From positions 71,919-135,918 of the forward strand of contig DITQ01000001.1 in NCBI GenBank assembly GCA_002422165.1: a stretch of DNA of 64,000 nucleotides, given 5' to 3'. Numbering within the stretch: the stretch's first letter is position 1; each line of letters begins with the position of its first letter. The notes beneath the pieces are model-generated. The model was not told the DNA's origin. It saw only the letters and a list, made by a program, of their open reading frames with translations, and searched no databases. Positions 47,227 to 56,735 of the stretch are shown here, one piece after another. The position numbers and the translations under genes are program-made. The DNA is from Candidatus Pacebacteria bacterium UBA6180. Lineage in GTDB: Bacteria > Patescibacteriota > Microgenomatia > UBA1400 > PJMF01.

Positions 47227-48777
47227 TCAAATCCAACCTTGAGCACTACTGTACATGATAAGAGAGAACATTCTTGCTATTATCTCTCCCGAGAGATTAA
47301 AAATATTGTGATTTTGAAACTCAAAATTATGGCCTGTAAAGTTTCTAACACATGTAGTAATTCTAGCGTTAGCGAAATTCACATCTGTGGTATTAGATAC
47401 AGCGCTGTTAATTTTTGTTTCTAATTCAGTTAAACTGCTTGCAGCCGTATATTCACCTCTAGTTGAATTAATTGGTGTACTAAAAAGTGTTTGCAGCATA
47501 TCGCCAAGAGTCCCACTTAGACTTGAATTCTTTCTTTTCAGCTCATCTTCATACCACAGCGCAAGTTCAGATAGAGATCTTAAAATTTCACCTCTGTTCA
47601 CAGGATTACTCAGCTCAGAATTCAAGCTATAGGAAAAAGAAAACCGATAGAGAGTTATGAATAAAAGAATTTTCTTTTCAGGCGAAAGTGATAAAACATA
47701 TGATTTAAAATCACCTTCTGATAAAGTCGTTGAAAAAACTTGAATATTCTTACTAAGAATGTCTTGGAAGAAGTTCGATATCTGTATATTTTCAAATTGG
47801 GTATATAGATCACTGGTTGGCAAATCTTTCTCTGGATCTATGGTGACTCCAGATAAATGGGCTAAACAACTCCTATCATTATCGTAAGCCTTATAAAGAT
47901 TAAATAACCCTTCTATCACTTTCCCCTGGGCTAGTTGGGAAACACCTAAATTTGCCAGTGAAATGCCTCTGTTTACATTTTTATTATCAGTTTTATTAAA
48001 GTTAACAATCTCACTATCAATATTTGCCCAATAACTTTCTGACACACCATATAATCCACGATTTAGTAGCCAAGTTCCCATCATCTGAGTGTAGCCATCA
48101 ATCGGCTTATTCTTGTCCTCATAAGTATTAATTTCGAAGTCCGATACCTTCATTTGACTTAAACGTTCTCTAAGGCCGATTCTTCCGAGCTCAACCAGGT
48201 AGGCGATATCTCGATGAACTCTGTCAACAATATCACCGCCATTTCCAGGAGTTGTTGCTAATAAGTCATACTTTGAGTCAAATTCAGTAGTGTCAGTTGG
48301 GAGTTCAGACAACTTCTTCACAGCCACTTCAGAATCTGAAATCAACTTTTTTATTTCATCTAAACTACTTTGAAATTTGCCTTCTAATGCAGATGCATTA
48401 AATAGTAGCGGAACAGTAAAAATTAAATCGAAACTTCCCAAAATGCCACTTGGCATTACTTTGAATAGATAATCATTCTGCACTGATAAAGAAGTTGGTT
48501 TCGTGTTGAATAAAAAGTAGTAGGCTAAGACAACATTTGGAATAGGATCTCTATCAGGAATTAAATTTCTGCATCTTTTTGCTAAAAATAGGAATTCACT
48601 TCTTAAAAAATCTGCTTTCCTTAATCCCTCTTTGATCCAGTTCGTATATTGCTCAGAGTTGTTATCTGTAAACCCTTGCTGTGGGATACCAAATCTGTGT
48701 CTATATTCTCGCACTAACAAAATAAACATTGGGTGATTTACAAGGCTCTCAAAAGAGAGATTTATTTTGTCGTACAT
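47227..48777 (-). CDS. Hypothetical protein (516 aa), 4th gene of an AT-rich four-gene operon
   Basis: Overlaps the upstream gene by 16 nt. No recognisable motif. Very AT-rich. Confidence 0.5.
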   Translation of the reverse strand: MYDKINLSFESLVNHPMFILLVREYRHRFGIPQQGFTDNNSEQYTNWIKEGLRKADFLRSEFLFLAKRCRNLIPDRDPIPNVVLAYYFLFNTKPTSLSVQNDYLFKVMPSGILGSFDLIFTVPLLFNASALEGKFQSSLDEIKKLISDSEVAVKKLSELPTDTTEFDSKYDLLATTPGNGGDIVDRVHRDIAYLVELGRIGLRERLSQMKVSDFEINTYEDKNKPIDGYTQMMGTWLLNRGLYGVSESYWANIDSEIVNFNKTDNKNVNRGISLANLGVSQLAQGKVIEGLFNLYKAYDNDRSCLAHLSGVTIDPEKDLPTSDLYTQFENIQISNFFQDILSKNIQVFSTTLSEGDFKSYVLSLSPEKKILLFITLYRFSFSYSLNSELSNPVNRGEILRSLSELALWYEDELKRKNSSLSGTLGDMLQTLFSTPINSTRGEYTAASSLTELETKINSAVSNTTDVNFANARITTCVRNFTGHNFEFQNHNIFNLSGEIIARMFSLIMYSSAQGWI

Positions 48778-49961
48778 ATTCTTATCCTTATCATTTTTCT
48801 CCCCATCACATCTGGGTTCTTAGGTAAAATAGTGGCCTCTACTATATTTTCAATAGAAATCTTGTATTCTTTGGCAAAATGTTTCTTTAAGTTTTGAATA
48901 AGTTTGGTTTTATTTGTTTCTATAGTGTGATAATACAGTTGATTTCTAAATGTAGATCCAAATTGGTCAATCTCATAAACCTCAATTAATGATCCTTCGG
49001 TTCTGTTTTCCTCTGGGTCAAAGACCTCAATGGTGTACACACTTTTCTTATACTTATAATATTTCAGCAGGATACTTGGAGATACATTGTCAAAAGAAGC
49101 TCCTGTGTACCAAGTATTGCCTGGTAAAGGGAATTGGTTGGGATAAGTCTCCGATCGGTCAAAATTAGCTGGATGAGCTACATCACCAAAAGTCGATCTT
49201 TCATCCCAAAATCTTTTTATAACATTTTTTTCATCATCATCTATTTCAATTTTGGAAGCAACCTCTTCAAGTCTATCTTTGAACTTAGGTTTATTCGATA
49301 GAGAGTTCACAATAATTTCTATCGATTTGAAGTGGTCAAGAGCTCTTTTCTCATCACTATCAAAAATTAAGTATCCCATTGATGCTCTGTAAAGATATTT
49401 CAAAGCTCTTTCAAATATTGCATCACGAAATTCTAGTGAATCATTCAAAAAAGTTTCTGTTAGTTCACTCATCCATTGATTTCTTTCGGGACGATCAGGT
49501 AAATATATATGACCACTCTCCAGTTTGAAATCGACTTCTGATTCATTTCCTTCCTCATCTAAAGAATAAATCTTATTAACTTGATAAATGTATGGTTGAA
49601 AACTACCTCTGTTTTCACCGTGTTTCAGTTTCAGATCTTTAAGATTTGCCAGAGATAAAAACCGTGCCACTCTATCGATTGCACGAATTGCTCCACCTAC
49701 GGCTGATCTAGTATTTTCTTCTTCAATGTCATAGTAAATGACATACTCAGATTTAATTTTTATGGGGTCAAAATATGGTAAAGATGTAACATAAGTCTTG
49801 TGAAAGTTGTTTACATCAGAATCGGAAAACACACTTTTGATTGGGGCGAAGTTCCTTTTTTCTTGCTCTTCAAAAGTCATTTTCCTTATAAAGCACTTTT
49901 CAATCTCTCTTTCTGAGAGAGTCTGACCATGGATTAGTGCATAAATTCTATATTTACTCAT
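48762..49961 (-). CDS. Hypothetical protein (399 aa), 3rd gene of the operon
   Basis: Overlaps neighbours on both sides. Contains RFWDERSTFGDVAH, which is HEPN-like (R-x7-H) but not canonical. Confidence 0.5.
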   Translation of the reverse strand: MSKYRIYALIHGQTLSEREIEKCFIRKMTFEEQEKRNFAPIKSVFSDSDVNNFHKTYVTSLPYFDPIKIKSEYVIYYDIEEENTRSAVGGAIRAIDRVARFLSLANLKDLKLKHGENRGSFQPYIYQVNKIYSLDEEGNESEVDFKLESGHIYLPDRPERNQWMSELTETFLNDSLEFRDAIFERALKYLYRASMGYLIFDSDEKRALDHFKSIEIIVNSLSNKPKFKDRLEEVASKIEIDDDEKNVIKRFWDERSTFGDVAHPANFDRSETYPNQFPLPGNTWYTGASFDNVSPSILLKYYKYKKSVYTIEVFDPEENRTEGSLIEVYEIDQFGSTFRNQLYYHTIETNKTKLIQNLKKHFAKEYKISIENIVEATILPKNPDVMGRKMIRIRICTTK

Positions 49962-51747
49962 GATTTTTAAAATAGGCTGTAAATTTTTCTACTAGTAATT
50001 TGTATAAAAAATCAAATAAAGGAGTATCTGAATATATCAAGTCACATTCTCCTTCAGTCCAGGTACTAACTTTATATTTATTTCCTCGCAACTCAACCTG
50101 ATTAAAATTAGAGTTTTTCAAAAGCAACTTTTCATCTTCTGTAAGCTCCACAACTCTCGTTGTTTTTGTATGATTTATTCCCTCCAAATAGAAAGTGTGT
50201 AGTTTAGGAATATCAAATCCTTTATATACATCTTTGGTTTCGATTGAAAATGCTATGACTTCTGGAAGACTTAATTCTTTTGCTAAAGATGGAAAATTAT
50301 TAAGTACAACTTGGTTGTAAGCTTCAACAAGTGATGATTGAAAGACATGGAAGTTGTTAGCAACATCCTCTTTTGAGAGGGTATTCCAGATTAAGTTAGA
50401 TTCTAACTTTGAAAGTCTCTCAAAACTTTTTCTAATATATGGTCTTTTAATCTCACCTGTTTGATTTTTAAGGTAAGTTAGTAGCTCAACGAAAATACCA
50501 AAAGGAAATTTTTCATTACCAACTAGTATCCTTGGTAGAGATTTGTCTTTCTTTGAGAGTGTAGTTATTGTTAGCCTATTTACCTTAGCTAGTTCTTCAG
50601 TATTTAATGAAGATAATACATCTGGATCAAGGTAACTCCTATTAGGAATATCGTTCTTCTTTATTAAGACCTTATATGCGTTTATTGTCCACCATGGTAG
50701 GAAATTATAAAAAGCAAACTCCACCTCTTCTAACGAATATTTATCTTTTTTATCTAAACCAAGCTGAATCTTGAACTTATCGACAAAGGCAAAAATGAAT
50801 TCTTTTGCTAGATCTTTGTTCCCAGCATGATTTAGCAACTTTTTATATAGAACATTTAATACTTTCTCACGAATAATATCTCTAGAATACTTTTTATGAT
50901 CTTTGAGTATTGGGTTTTGCGTACTAAAGCCTCTAAACTCCAAACCCTCATTTCTTAATTGCTCATGCAATGCTTTTGTTGCTTCTTTAATCTGGACGTC
51001 GTTTTTTGTGAGTGAAATTGGATATAGTGCATAAGATAAGTTATTTTGAGAAAACTCATAGTAAGTCAACCCAATTTTCCAAGCATCAGGATAATATATC
51101 CTTTTTACCAACTTAAACTCATTTTCCAATAGGCTATTTAGCTCATCTAAGAACAAATGAATAAATTCATACCTTTCGTCAATTGCTCCCAATGCCGGTG
51201 TAATTGTTTCAGAAATAAGTGCATATGCATTCTTATATTTTTCAAACTCTTCAGCTTTATACCTATACAAATCAATTATTTTCGACCATTCATCAATAAA
51301 TTCTTTGCTACCATTTTTTATAACTTTTAATTTATCAAAATGAATTGTTTTACTAGTTCCTAGATTATCTACAAAACTTTTATCAATCTGAATCCAATAA
51401 GCCTCTTTTGGATCATCAAGTCTGACCCCAATGAGAATTTTCGGTATCCAATTATTGGAGTCTTTACAATAAGACAAAAATTTATCATCGTTAAAGCTAT
51501 ATTTGGGGGGATTAATATTTTTTGAAGGCAACTTTTTGATCTGAACTTCAAGCTTCCCAATTGGAAAGCCTTCTTTGTCAGTTACCTCAATATAACCATC
51601 AATATTAGGCCAAGTATCATTTGATTTAATATCTGGCATTGCTCTTTGAGTTTCTGACAGCCAGGCACTAACATAACTTACAGCTTGTTGGTCAAAAAAA
51701 CTTGTTTTGAAATGTTTTGCTGATTTTGACTTTTTTCCTTTAGACAT
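49954..51747 (-). CDS. Hypothetical protein (597 aa) with an N-terminal DUF4365-like PD-(D/E)xK motif, 2nd gene of the operon
   Basis: WPNIDGYIEVTDKEGFPIGKLEVQIKK gives a D-G-x-I-E...V-Q-I-K pattern typical of DUF4365/REase-like folds. Family assignment is from memory. Confidence 0.5.
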   Translation of the reverse strand: MSKGKKSKSAKHFKTSFFDQQAVSYVSAWLSETQRAMPDIKSNDTWPNIDGYIEVTDKEGFPIGKLEVQIKKLPSKNINPPKYSFNDDKFLSYCKDSNNWIPKILIGVRLDDPKEAYWIQIDKSFVDNLGTSKTIHFDKLKVIKNGSKEFIDEWSKIIDLYRYKAEEFEKYKNAYALISETITPALGAIDERYEFIHLFLDELNSLLENEFKLVKRIYYPDAWKIGLTYYEFSQNNLSYALYPISLTKNDVQIKEATKALHEQLRNEGLEFRGFSTQNPILKDHKKYSRDIIREKVLNVLYKKLLNHAGNKDLAKEFIFAFVDKFKIQLGLDKKDKYSLEEVEFAFYNFLPWWTINAYKVLIKKNDIPNRSYLDPDVLSSLNTEELAKVNRLTITTLSKKDKSLPRILVGNEKFPFGIFVELLTYLKNQTGEIKRPYIRKSFERLSKLESNLIWNTLSKEDVANNFHVFQSSLVEAYNQVVLNNFPSLAKELSLPEVIAFSIETKDVYKGFDIPKLHTFYLEGINHTKTTRVVELTEDEKLLLKNSNFNQVELRGNKYKVSTWTEGECDLIYSDTPLFDFLYKLLVEKFTAYFKNHE

Positions 51748-51776
51748 ATTTGTTCATATTAATTATAGCTTTGATT

Positions 51777-53387
51777 TTATTGTATATTTCCTGAAAACCC
51801 CTCATTCTCACTCACCAAAAAAATCGTCCAGTAAACATACCCGCTGGCATCTTTTAAATCTCTTCCAGTCAGAACACCTTCCCGTCTCAATTTTTTGATC
51901 GATGATGGTTTTACGCCTCGTTTTTCAACGTCATATTTATCAAAATGTTCTTTCTCCCACCACTCCTTATCCAGATCAAGCACAGGGACCACACCTTCCT
52001 GGATATTTCTCCAGCAATCACGGCATCTCAAGCCATCTGGCCGCCACCAAATGTCCTCACCGTTGTGGGATCTTCTGCAAATTCCACAAGTGTAACCTCT
52101 ACCACCATCATTGAGAAAGAAACCATTTGGTTCATCTTTTAGCCTGCGAGTCCTAATACGTTTGGTTGCAATGTATTCAGCGTCCATTCTGGCTAGCTGT
52201 ACGAGGTTGTGGTGTTCATATTTAGCTCTGAAATCTGGATCAAGCTTGGATTTAGGCTTCTTTGGTTCTTCTTTACCAAACAGCTTAAGCAAGTCGTCTT
52301 CTGATTCATATCCTTTGAGCTTGCCACTGAGAAATCCCAACCGATAACTCATCAGGTCTTTCGGTGCTCGCCAGTTGGTGTCCTTGAGTGTTGTTTTCAG
52401 TAAGTCGTATAAATCAGAGATGCTTTCTCGGTCACGTCGCTTAGGCTTAGTTTCTTGAAGAGTAAATGGCACTAATACGTGACGATCCATATTAGGCTCA
52501 CCAATAGATAGGCGGGTAAAACCACTTTCTTCAAGTGCTTTATTGATCAAAGTTTCTAGGTCTGTGATGGCGATTTTATTTACCGATAACAGCTTTTCAT
52601 GAGCTGGCGTATCGAGTTCAGCGAGAACTTCCTCTTTTACTTCATGAGCAACCTCCAGAGCTTCAAGCGTTTCTACATATTCTTTGCCTTTTTCATCAGA
52701 TAAACAAAACTCTGCTCGATACTTCACCAATAGTTGTTTGTCTTCTAGCTCTTCTTTTGCATGTTCTTCCTGCCACTTTTTATGCTCCTCATCGCTTTTC
52801 TTCAGATCCCAAATCTCTTTATTTGAGTAGCCACAGTTTTTGCACTTGTAGCGGGTGGTAATGACCTCATCTTTCTTACTACTTTTTCTCTCTAGCTTTT
52901 GTTTGCAGTCAGGACAAAAGTCAGACTTAGAAACATAGATCTCGCCATCGTCATACGCACCTTGTCGCTTTTTACATTTTGGACAGTTGAAGGTGAATAG
53001 CACCCTCATGGGTTTACCATCATCCCAATCAACTAAGTGGTGAGAACCATCGTCAGTCATAGCACTCCCACATTCAGGGCAATTGGCTCTGGGAGCTGGA
53101 GTATTGTCTTGCTTGTCCTGTTTAAGGCGATCAGACTCAAGCCACTCAGCGATAGTTGAAGCTCTGTGTTTGTGTCTTTGAGCTTGGATGAGAAAGAGCA
53201 TCCTGCCTCTGAGCAATCCCATGTTTCGTTCTTGTTCAGATTCTGGGTAATTTTGGAACTTTGGTTCCTGTTTCATTTTCTCGCCAATAGAATTGACCAT
53301 CTCCAAAGTCTTCAGACACTCTCTGATAGTGCCAACATCGTAGCGATCTTCATACTCTTGTTGTGGTTTTAGGTATTGAAACGACAT
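51777..53387 (-). CDS. Multi-zinc-ribbon protein (536 aa), 1st gene of the operon
   Basis: Three CxxC...CxxC pairs: CPECGS...CPKCKK, CPDCKQ...CKNCGY, CGICRR...CRDCWR. No NTPase motif. Somewhat higher GC than the downstream genes. Confidence 0.5.
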   Translation of the reverse strand: MSFQYLKPQQEYEDRYDVGTIRECLKTLEMVNSIGEKMKQEPKFQNYPESEQERNMGLLRGRMLFLIQAQRHKHRASTIAEWLESDRLKQDKQDNTPAPRANCPECGSAMTDDGSHHLVDWDDGKPMRVLFTFNCPKCKKRQGAYDDGEIYVSKSDFCPDCKQKLERKSSKKDEVITTRYKCKNCGYSNKEIWDLKKSDEEHKKWQEEHAKEELEDKQLLVKYRAEFCLSDEKGKEYVETLEALEVAHEVKEEVLAELDTPAHEKLLSVNKIAITDLETLINKALEESGFTRLSIGEPNMDRHVLVPFTLQETKPKRRDRESISDLYDLLKTTLKDTNWRAPKDLMSYRLGFLSGKLKGYESEDDLLKLFGKEEPKKPKSKLDPDFRAKYEHHNLVQLARMDAEYIATKRIRTRRLKDEPNGFFLNDGGRGYTCGICRRSHNGEDIWWRPDGLRCRDCWRNIQEGVVPVLDLDKEWWEKEHFDKYDVEKRGVKPSSIKKLRREGVLTGRDLKDASGYVYWTIFLVSENEGFSGNIQ

Positions 53388-53458
53388 AACTCCTTTCGCT
53401 AACTATCACTTAGCAATAGTATATTCGTTTTCTGAGAAGTTACCTATATAATAGAAAG

Positions 53459-55312
53459 TTGATGAAACAAGCAAATAAGACAAAAACTAACTCTGATAAA
53501 AGAAAATCTTTTTTAAGACATAAGTTTACCTTAAAATCAGCGACAATCTTTTTTGGATCTCTATGGTTAATGACGATGCTGTTTTTCTTGGCAATAGTGA
53601 TAGTAGGAACAAATTTCTTTCAAACGACTGTTGATAAGGGCCCACTGCAGGGAGATATCTGGGGCATTGTGATGGTGCTGGATATACTTGGTGGAATCGG
53701 ATTCTTTTTAATTTTTTCTATGCTTCTGACTGCATTATCTATGAGATCAAATGACCCTGATAAAAAGAAGTCTTCATTCCTAAGGAAGTTAATCAATTTT
53801 TTCCTCTTTTTCATTTATCTGGGAATTCTTCCTTTGTATTTATTACTCAGAGTATGGCAACCAAAAAAATGGTTCGTCTGGTTAACAAATATCAAGAACA
53901 GTTCCAATAAAATCGCACTCAAATCCCTTGGTAAAAAATTAGCAATATCTTTACCGATACTACTGTTTTTACTTCCAGTTTGGGCAGTCGGATATTTTTC
54001 TGTGGGAACAATCGTTGCTGACGAACTTGGTTTAGTTCCATACCAAATGGATATTGTTGGCACAGGATCAATGCACCCGACTTTTCCAAAGGGAGATGGT
54101 AAAGATCCAAAAGAACTTGCGAAACAAGTTGTTGGCCGTCAAAACATGTTTAATTATCCAAATGGCTTCGTGTTTTCAGGAAAACGATATTTTGGTCACA
54201 CCATAACTCGTGGTGACATTATCACAGTAGAAGATGAAAAGACGAGAAAAGCTACTGAGGAAACATATGGAGATCCATCAGGTTGGCTGAAACGAGTTGT
54301 GGCAGTTGCTGGAGACACTTTGGAGTTGAGAGATGGTATTTTCTACCTCAATGGCGAACCCCAAAAGGAGCCATATGTAGCTAGAGCACGATCAACATTC
54401 GGTCAGTCATTTCTGCAGGAATGTCAGCAAGTAACCGTTCCAGATAATTCTATATTTATCATGGGAGACAACCGCACTGGGAGTCGAGACTCCAGAGACG
54501 TAGGTTTCTTTAGCATAAATGATATTAAGTCAGTTTATCCGTTCACCAAACAAGCAGAAAACCTCAGTAAAAACTGGCATGACACGACAAATGATCTAGA
54601 AGAATCTGCCAGAATTAAACTCAATAAAGAAGAATACGTTGAAAAACTCAATCAGAAACGTGAAGAAGAAGGTCTAAAACCGCTCAAATATAATGAAAAA
54701 TTAGAGCTTTCTGCAGAAAAAAGAGGTGCCAAAATTCTTGAACACAATGACTTCTCTTTTGAGGCAACTGCAAGTGGTTATACGATGGAGAAAGCTATCA
54801 GAGAGGTCGGTTATTATAATACTTTTTGGGGAGAGGCACCAAGCAATGGTTATTACGAAGCAAGTGAACTGCTAGATTATCAGCTTGAGTTTCCTGAATC
54901 TAAAACATTCGTTTTCGACAAGCGTTTTCAAGAAATCGGTATTGCTGAAGTACAAGGTGAGATCAATGGTTGTCCAGCACATGTGATTGTGCAACATTTT
55001 GGAGGCTATGTGCCACCAAACTATTCTGCATCAGACATTCAATCATGGGAAGATGCACTAGGATCATTAAGAAACATTCAACCTAGTTGGAATAACTTAA
55101 AGAATTCCGGTGATTTTTATAATCGTCATAAGGAGAAAGTTGATCGGTTAAATCAAATTATCGATATTAGAATTAACAGAATGACTGATATTGTTGGGAC
55201 AATGAAAGCAAATAGATGGCTAAATGCTGAACAAAATGCATTTGCTAATTCAGGTGACATGGCTTTGTATAAAGAACAGGAAGAACTCGCTACGTTCCTT
55301 AACAGCCAATGA
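53459..55312 (+). CDS. Multi-TM signal peptidase I (S26) domain fused to a C-terminal CAP/SCP (YkwD-like) domain
   Basis: About 5 N-terminal TM helices. SPase I Ser box GTGSMHPTFP, Lys box KRVVAVAGD, and GDNRTGSRDSRDVGFF. The C-terminus matches the CAP pattern LKPLKYNEKLELSAEKRGAKILEHNDFSF...GY...GE. Confidence 0.55.
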   Translation: MMKQANKTKTNSDKRKSFLRHKFTLKSATIFFGSLWLMTMLFFLAIVIVGTNFFQTTVDKGPLQGDIWGIVMVLDILGGIGFFLIFSMLLTALSMRSNDPDKKKSSFLRKLINFFLFFIYLGILPLYLLLRVWQPKKWFVWLTNIKNSSNKIALKSLGKKLAISLPILLFLLPVWAVGYFSVGTIVADELGLVPYQMDIVGTGSMHPTFPKGDGKDPKELAKQVVGRQNMFNYPNGFVFSGKRYFGHTITRGDIITVEDEKTRKATEETYGDPSGWLKRVVAVAGDTLELRDGIFYLNGEPQKEPYVARARSTFGQSFLQECQQVTVPDNSIFIMGDNRTGSRDSRDVGFFSINDIKSVYPFTKQAENLSKNWHDTTNDLEESARIKLNKEEYVEKLNQKREEEGLKPLKYNEKLELSAEKRGAKILEHNDFSFEATASGYTMEKAIREVGYYNTFWGEAPSNGYYEASELLDYQLEFPESKTFVFDKRFQEIGIAEVQGEINGCPAHVIVQHFGGYVPPNYSASDIQSWEDALGSLRNIQPSWNNLKNSGDFYNRHKEKVDRLNQIIDIRINRMTDIVGTMKANRWLNAEQNAFANSGDMALYKEQEELATFLNSQ

Positions 55313-56733
55313 AACTAACAAAATCACTCTTCTTAAGCTATCTGGAATCACCACTGCACATGTGGTTGTCAGTTCATAGTGATACTCCACCAAAACCACC
55401 ATCCTTGTACGACCAACATACGATGAAGCAAGGGTACAGTGTTGAAAAATTAGCGAAAGATTTTTTACAGCGGAAAGTCGCTACACAGTATCCTACTGGC
55501 ACGACACTCACCTTTGAAGCCACTCTAACTGATGGCAATTATGAGTCGCGCATTGACGCTCTCGTTCATAACACTGTGAACAACACCTATGATCTGTATG
55601 AAATCAAAAGTAGCACCACTATTCATACTGAGCATAAATATGACGTGACGTTCCAGTATCTAGTGGGTAAAGCCACACTGCCTATCAACAAAGTCTACTT
55701 AGTGCGAGTCAACAGTGACTATCAACGAGCTGGGGAGATTGATATCAATGAACTCTTCATCGTGGAAGACATGACTGACCACATCGCCAAAAAAGAAGAT
55801 GAGGTGTATCAATTGAGATCTGAAGCATGGGGAGTGATGCGACTTGAACAAGAACCAAGTGACGAGCATTGTTTTAATCCTGGTACCTGTACCTATCCTG
55901 ACCACTGTTTCCCCAATCTACCCGATGGTTCGATCTATGAACTAGGCAGAGCCAGCAAAAAACAATATGGTGAGTTGCTTGATATGGGGATAGAGCACGT
56001 CAAAGACATTCCTGACACTTTCACCAGCAACTATAAGCAGAGACTGCAAATTCAATCAGCCAGACAAAACCAGCCAATAATTGATCACGAATCCATTGCT
56101 CAGGAATTGAGTCAACTGAAATACCCAGTCTACTTCTTAGACTACGAAACCTATGGTGAGGCACTGCCCATGTACGATGGCTACAAGCCGTATCAACAGG
56201 CAGTCACACAGTTTTCCATCCACGTTGCCAGAAATCCTGAAAGTGATGAGTTCGAACATTATGAATGTCTAGCAACGGAAGCTGGTGATCCAGCTCGGCA
56301 TCTTGCTACAGAGCTATGCAAGGTCATTGGTGAAACAGGCTCAGTTATTGTCTGGAACAAAGGTTTTGAGTGTGGCAGAAATGATGAATTGGCTGTTTTA
56401 TGTACTGATTTAGCTCTGCAACTGCAAAGCATCAATGAACGAGTCTATGACTTGATGGATGTGTTCAAAAATGGTTTGTATGTTGACCACCGTTTTCATG
56501 GCAGTGCTTCAATCAAAAAAGTCTTGCCCGTCTTATGCCCAGAGCTGAGCTACAAAGAACTAGAAATTGGTGAGGGAACCAAAGCTATGCTTGCTTGGCA
56601 TGAGATGGTCTATGGAGCTATAACTGCGGAAGAAAAAGAACAAATTAAACAAAACCTACTGACTTACTGCAAGCTGGATACTTGGGCGATGGTGGAGATT
56701 TGGAAATTTCTCATAGACATAATAAAAAGGTAA
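55309..56733 (+). CDS. DUF2779-like protein: Cas4-type PD-(D/E)xK nuclease with a DnaQ/RNase-H-like C-terminal half
   Basis: YDLYEIKSST (D..EIK), a Cys cluster CFNPGTCTYPDHCF, and an FLDYETYGE (DxE) exonuclease-like motif. Start overlaps the upstream stop (ATGA). Family name is from memory. Confidence 0.45.
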   Translation: MKLTKSLFLSYLESPLHMWLSVHSDTPPKPPSLYDQHTMKQGYSVEKLAKDFLQRKVATQYPTGTTLTFEATLTDGNYESRIDALVHNTVNNTYDLYEIKSSTTIHTEHKYDVTFQYLVGKATLPINKVYLVRVNSDYQRAGEIDINELFIVEDMTDHIAKKEDEVYQLRSEAWGVMRLEQEPSDEHCFNPGTCTYPDHCFPNLPDGSIYELGRASKKQYGELLDMGIEHVKDIPDTFTSNYKQRLQIQSARQNQPIIDHESIAQELSQLKYPVYFLDYETYGEALPMYDGYKPYQQAVTQFSIHVARNPESDEFEHYECLATEAGDPARHLATELCKVIGETGSVIVWNKGFECGRNDELAVLCTDLALQLQSINERVYDLMDVFKNGLYVDHRFHGSASIKKVLPVLCPELSYKELEIGEGTKAMLAWHEMVYGAITAEEKEQIKQNLLTYCKLDTWAMVEIWKFLIDIIKR

Positions 56734-56735
56734 AG

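Noticed and set aside
56682-56735. ORF-track start at 56682 for the Zn-ribbon gene
   Set aside because: It overlaps 52 nt of the upstream gene in another frame. The ATG at 56736 directly after the upstream stop fits operon coupling.
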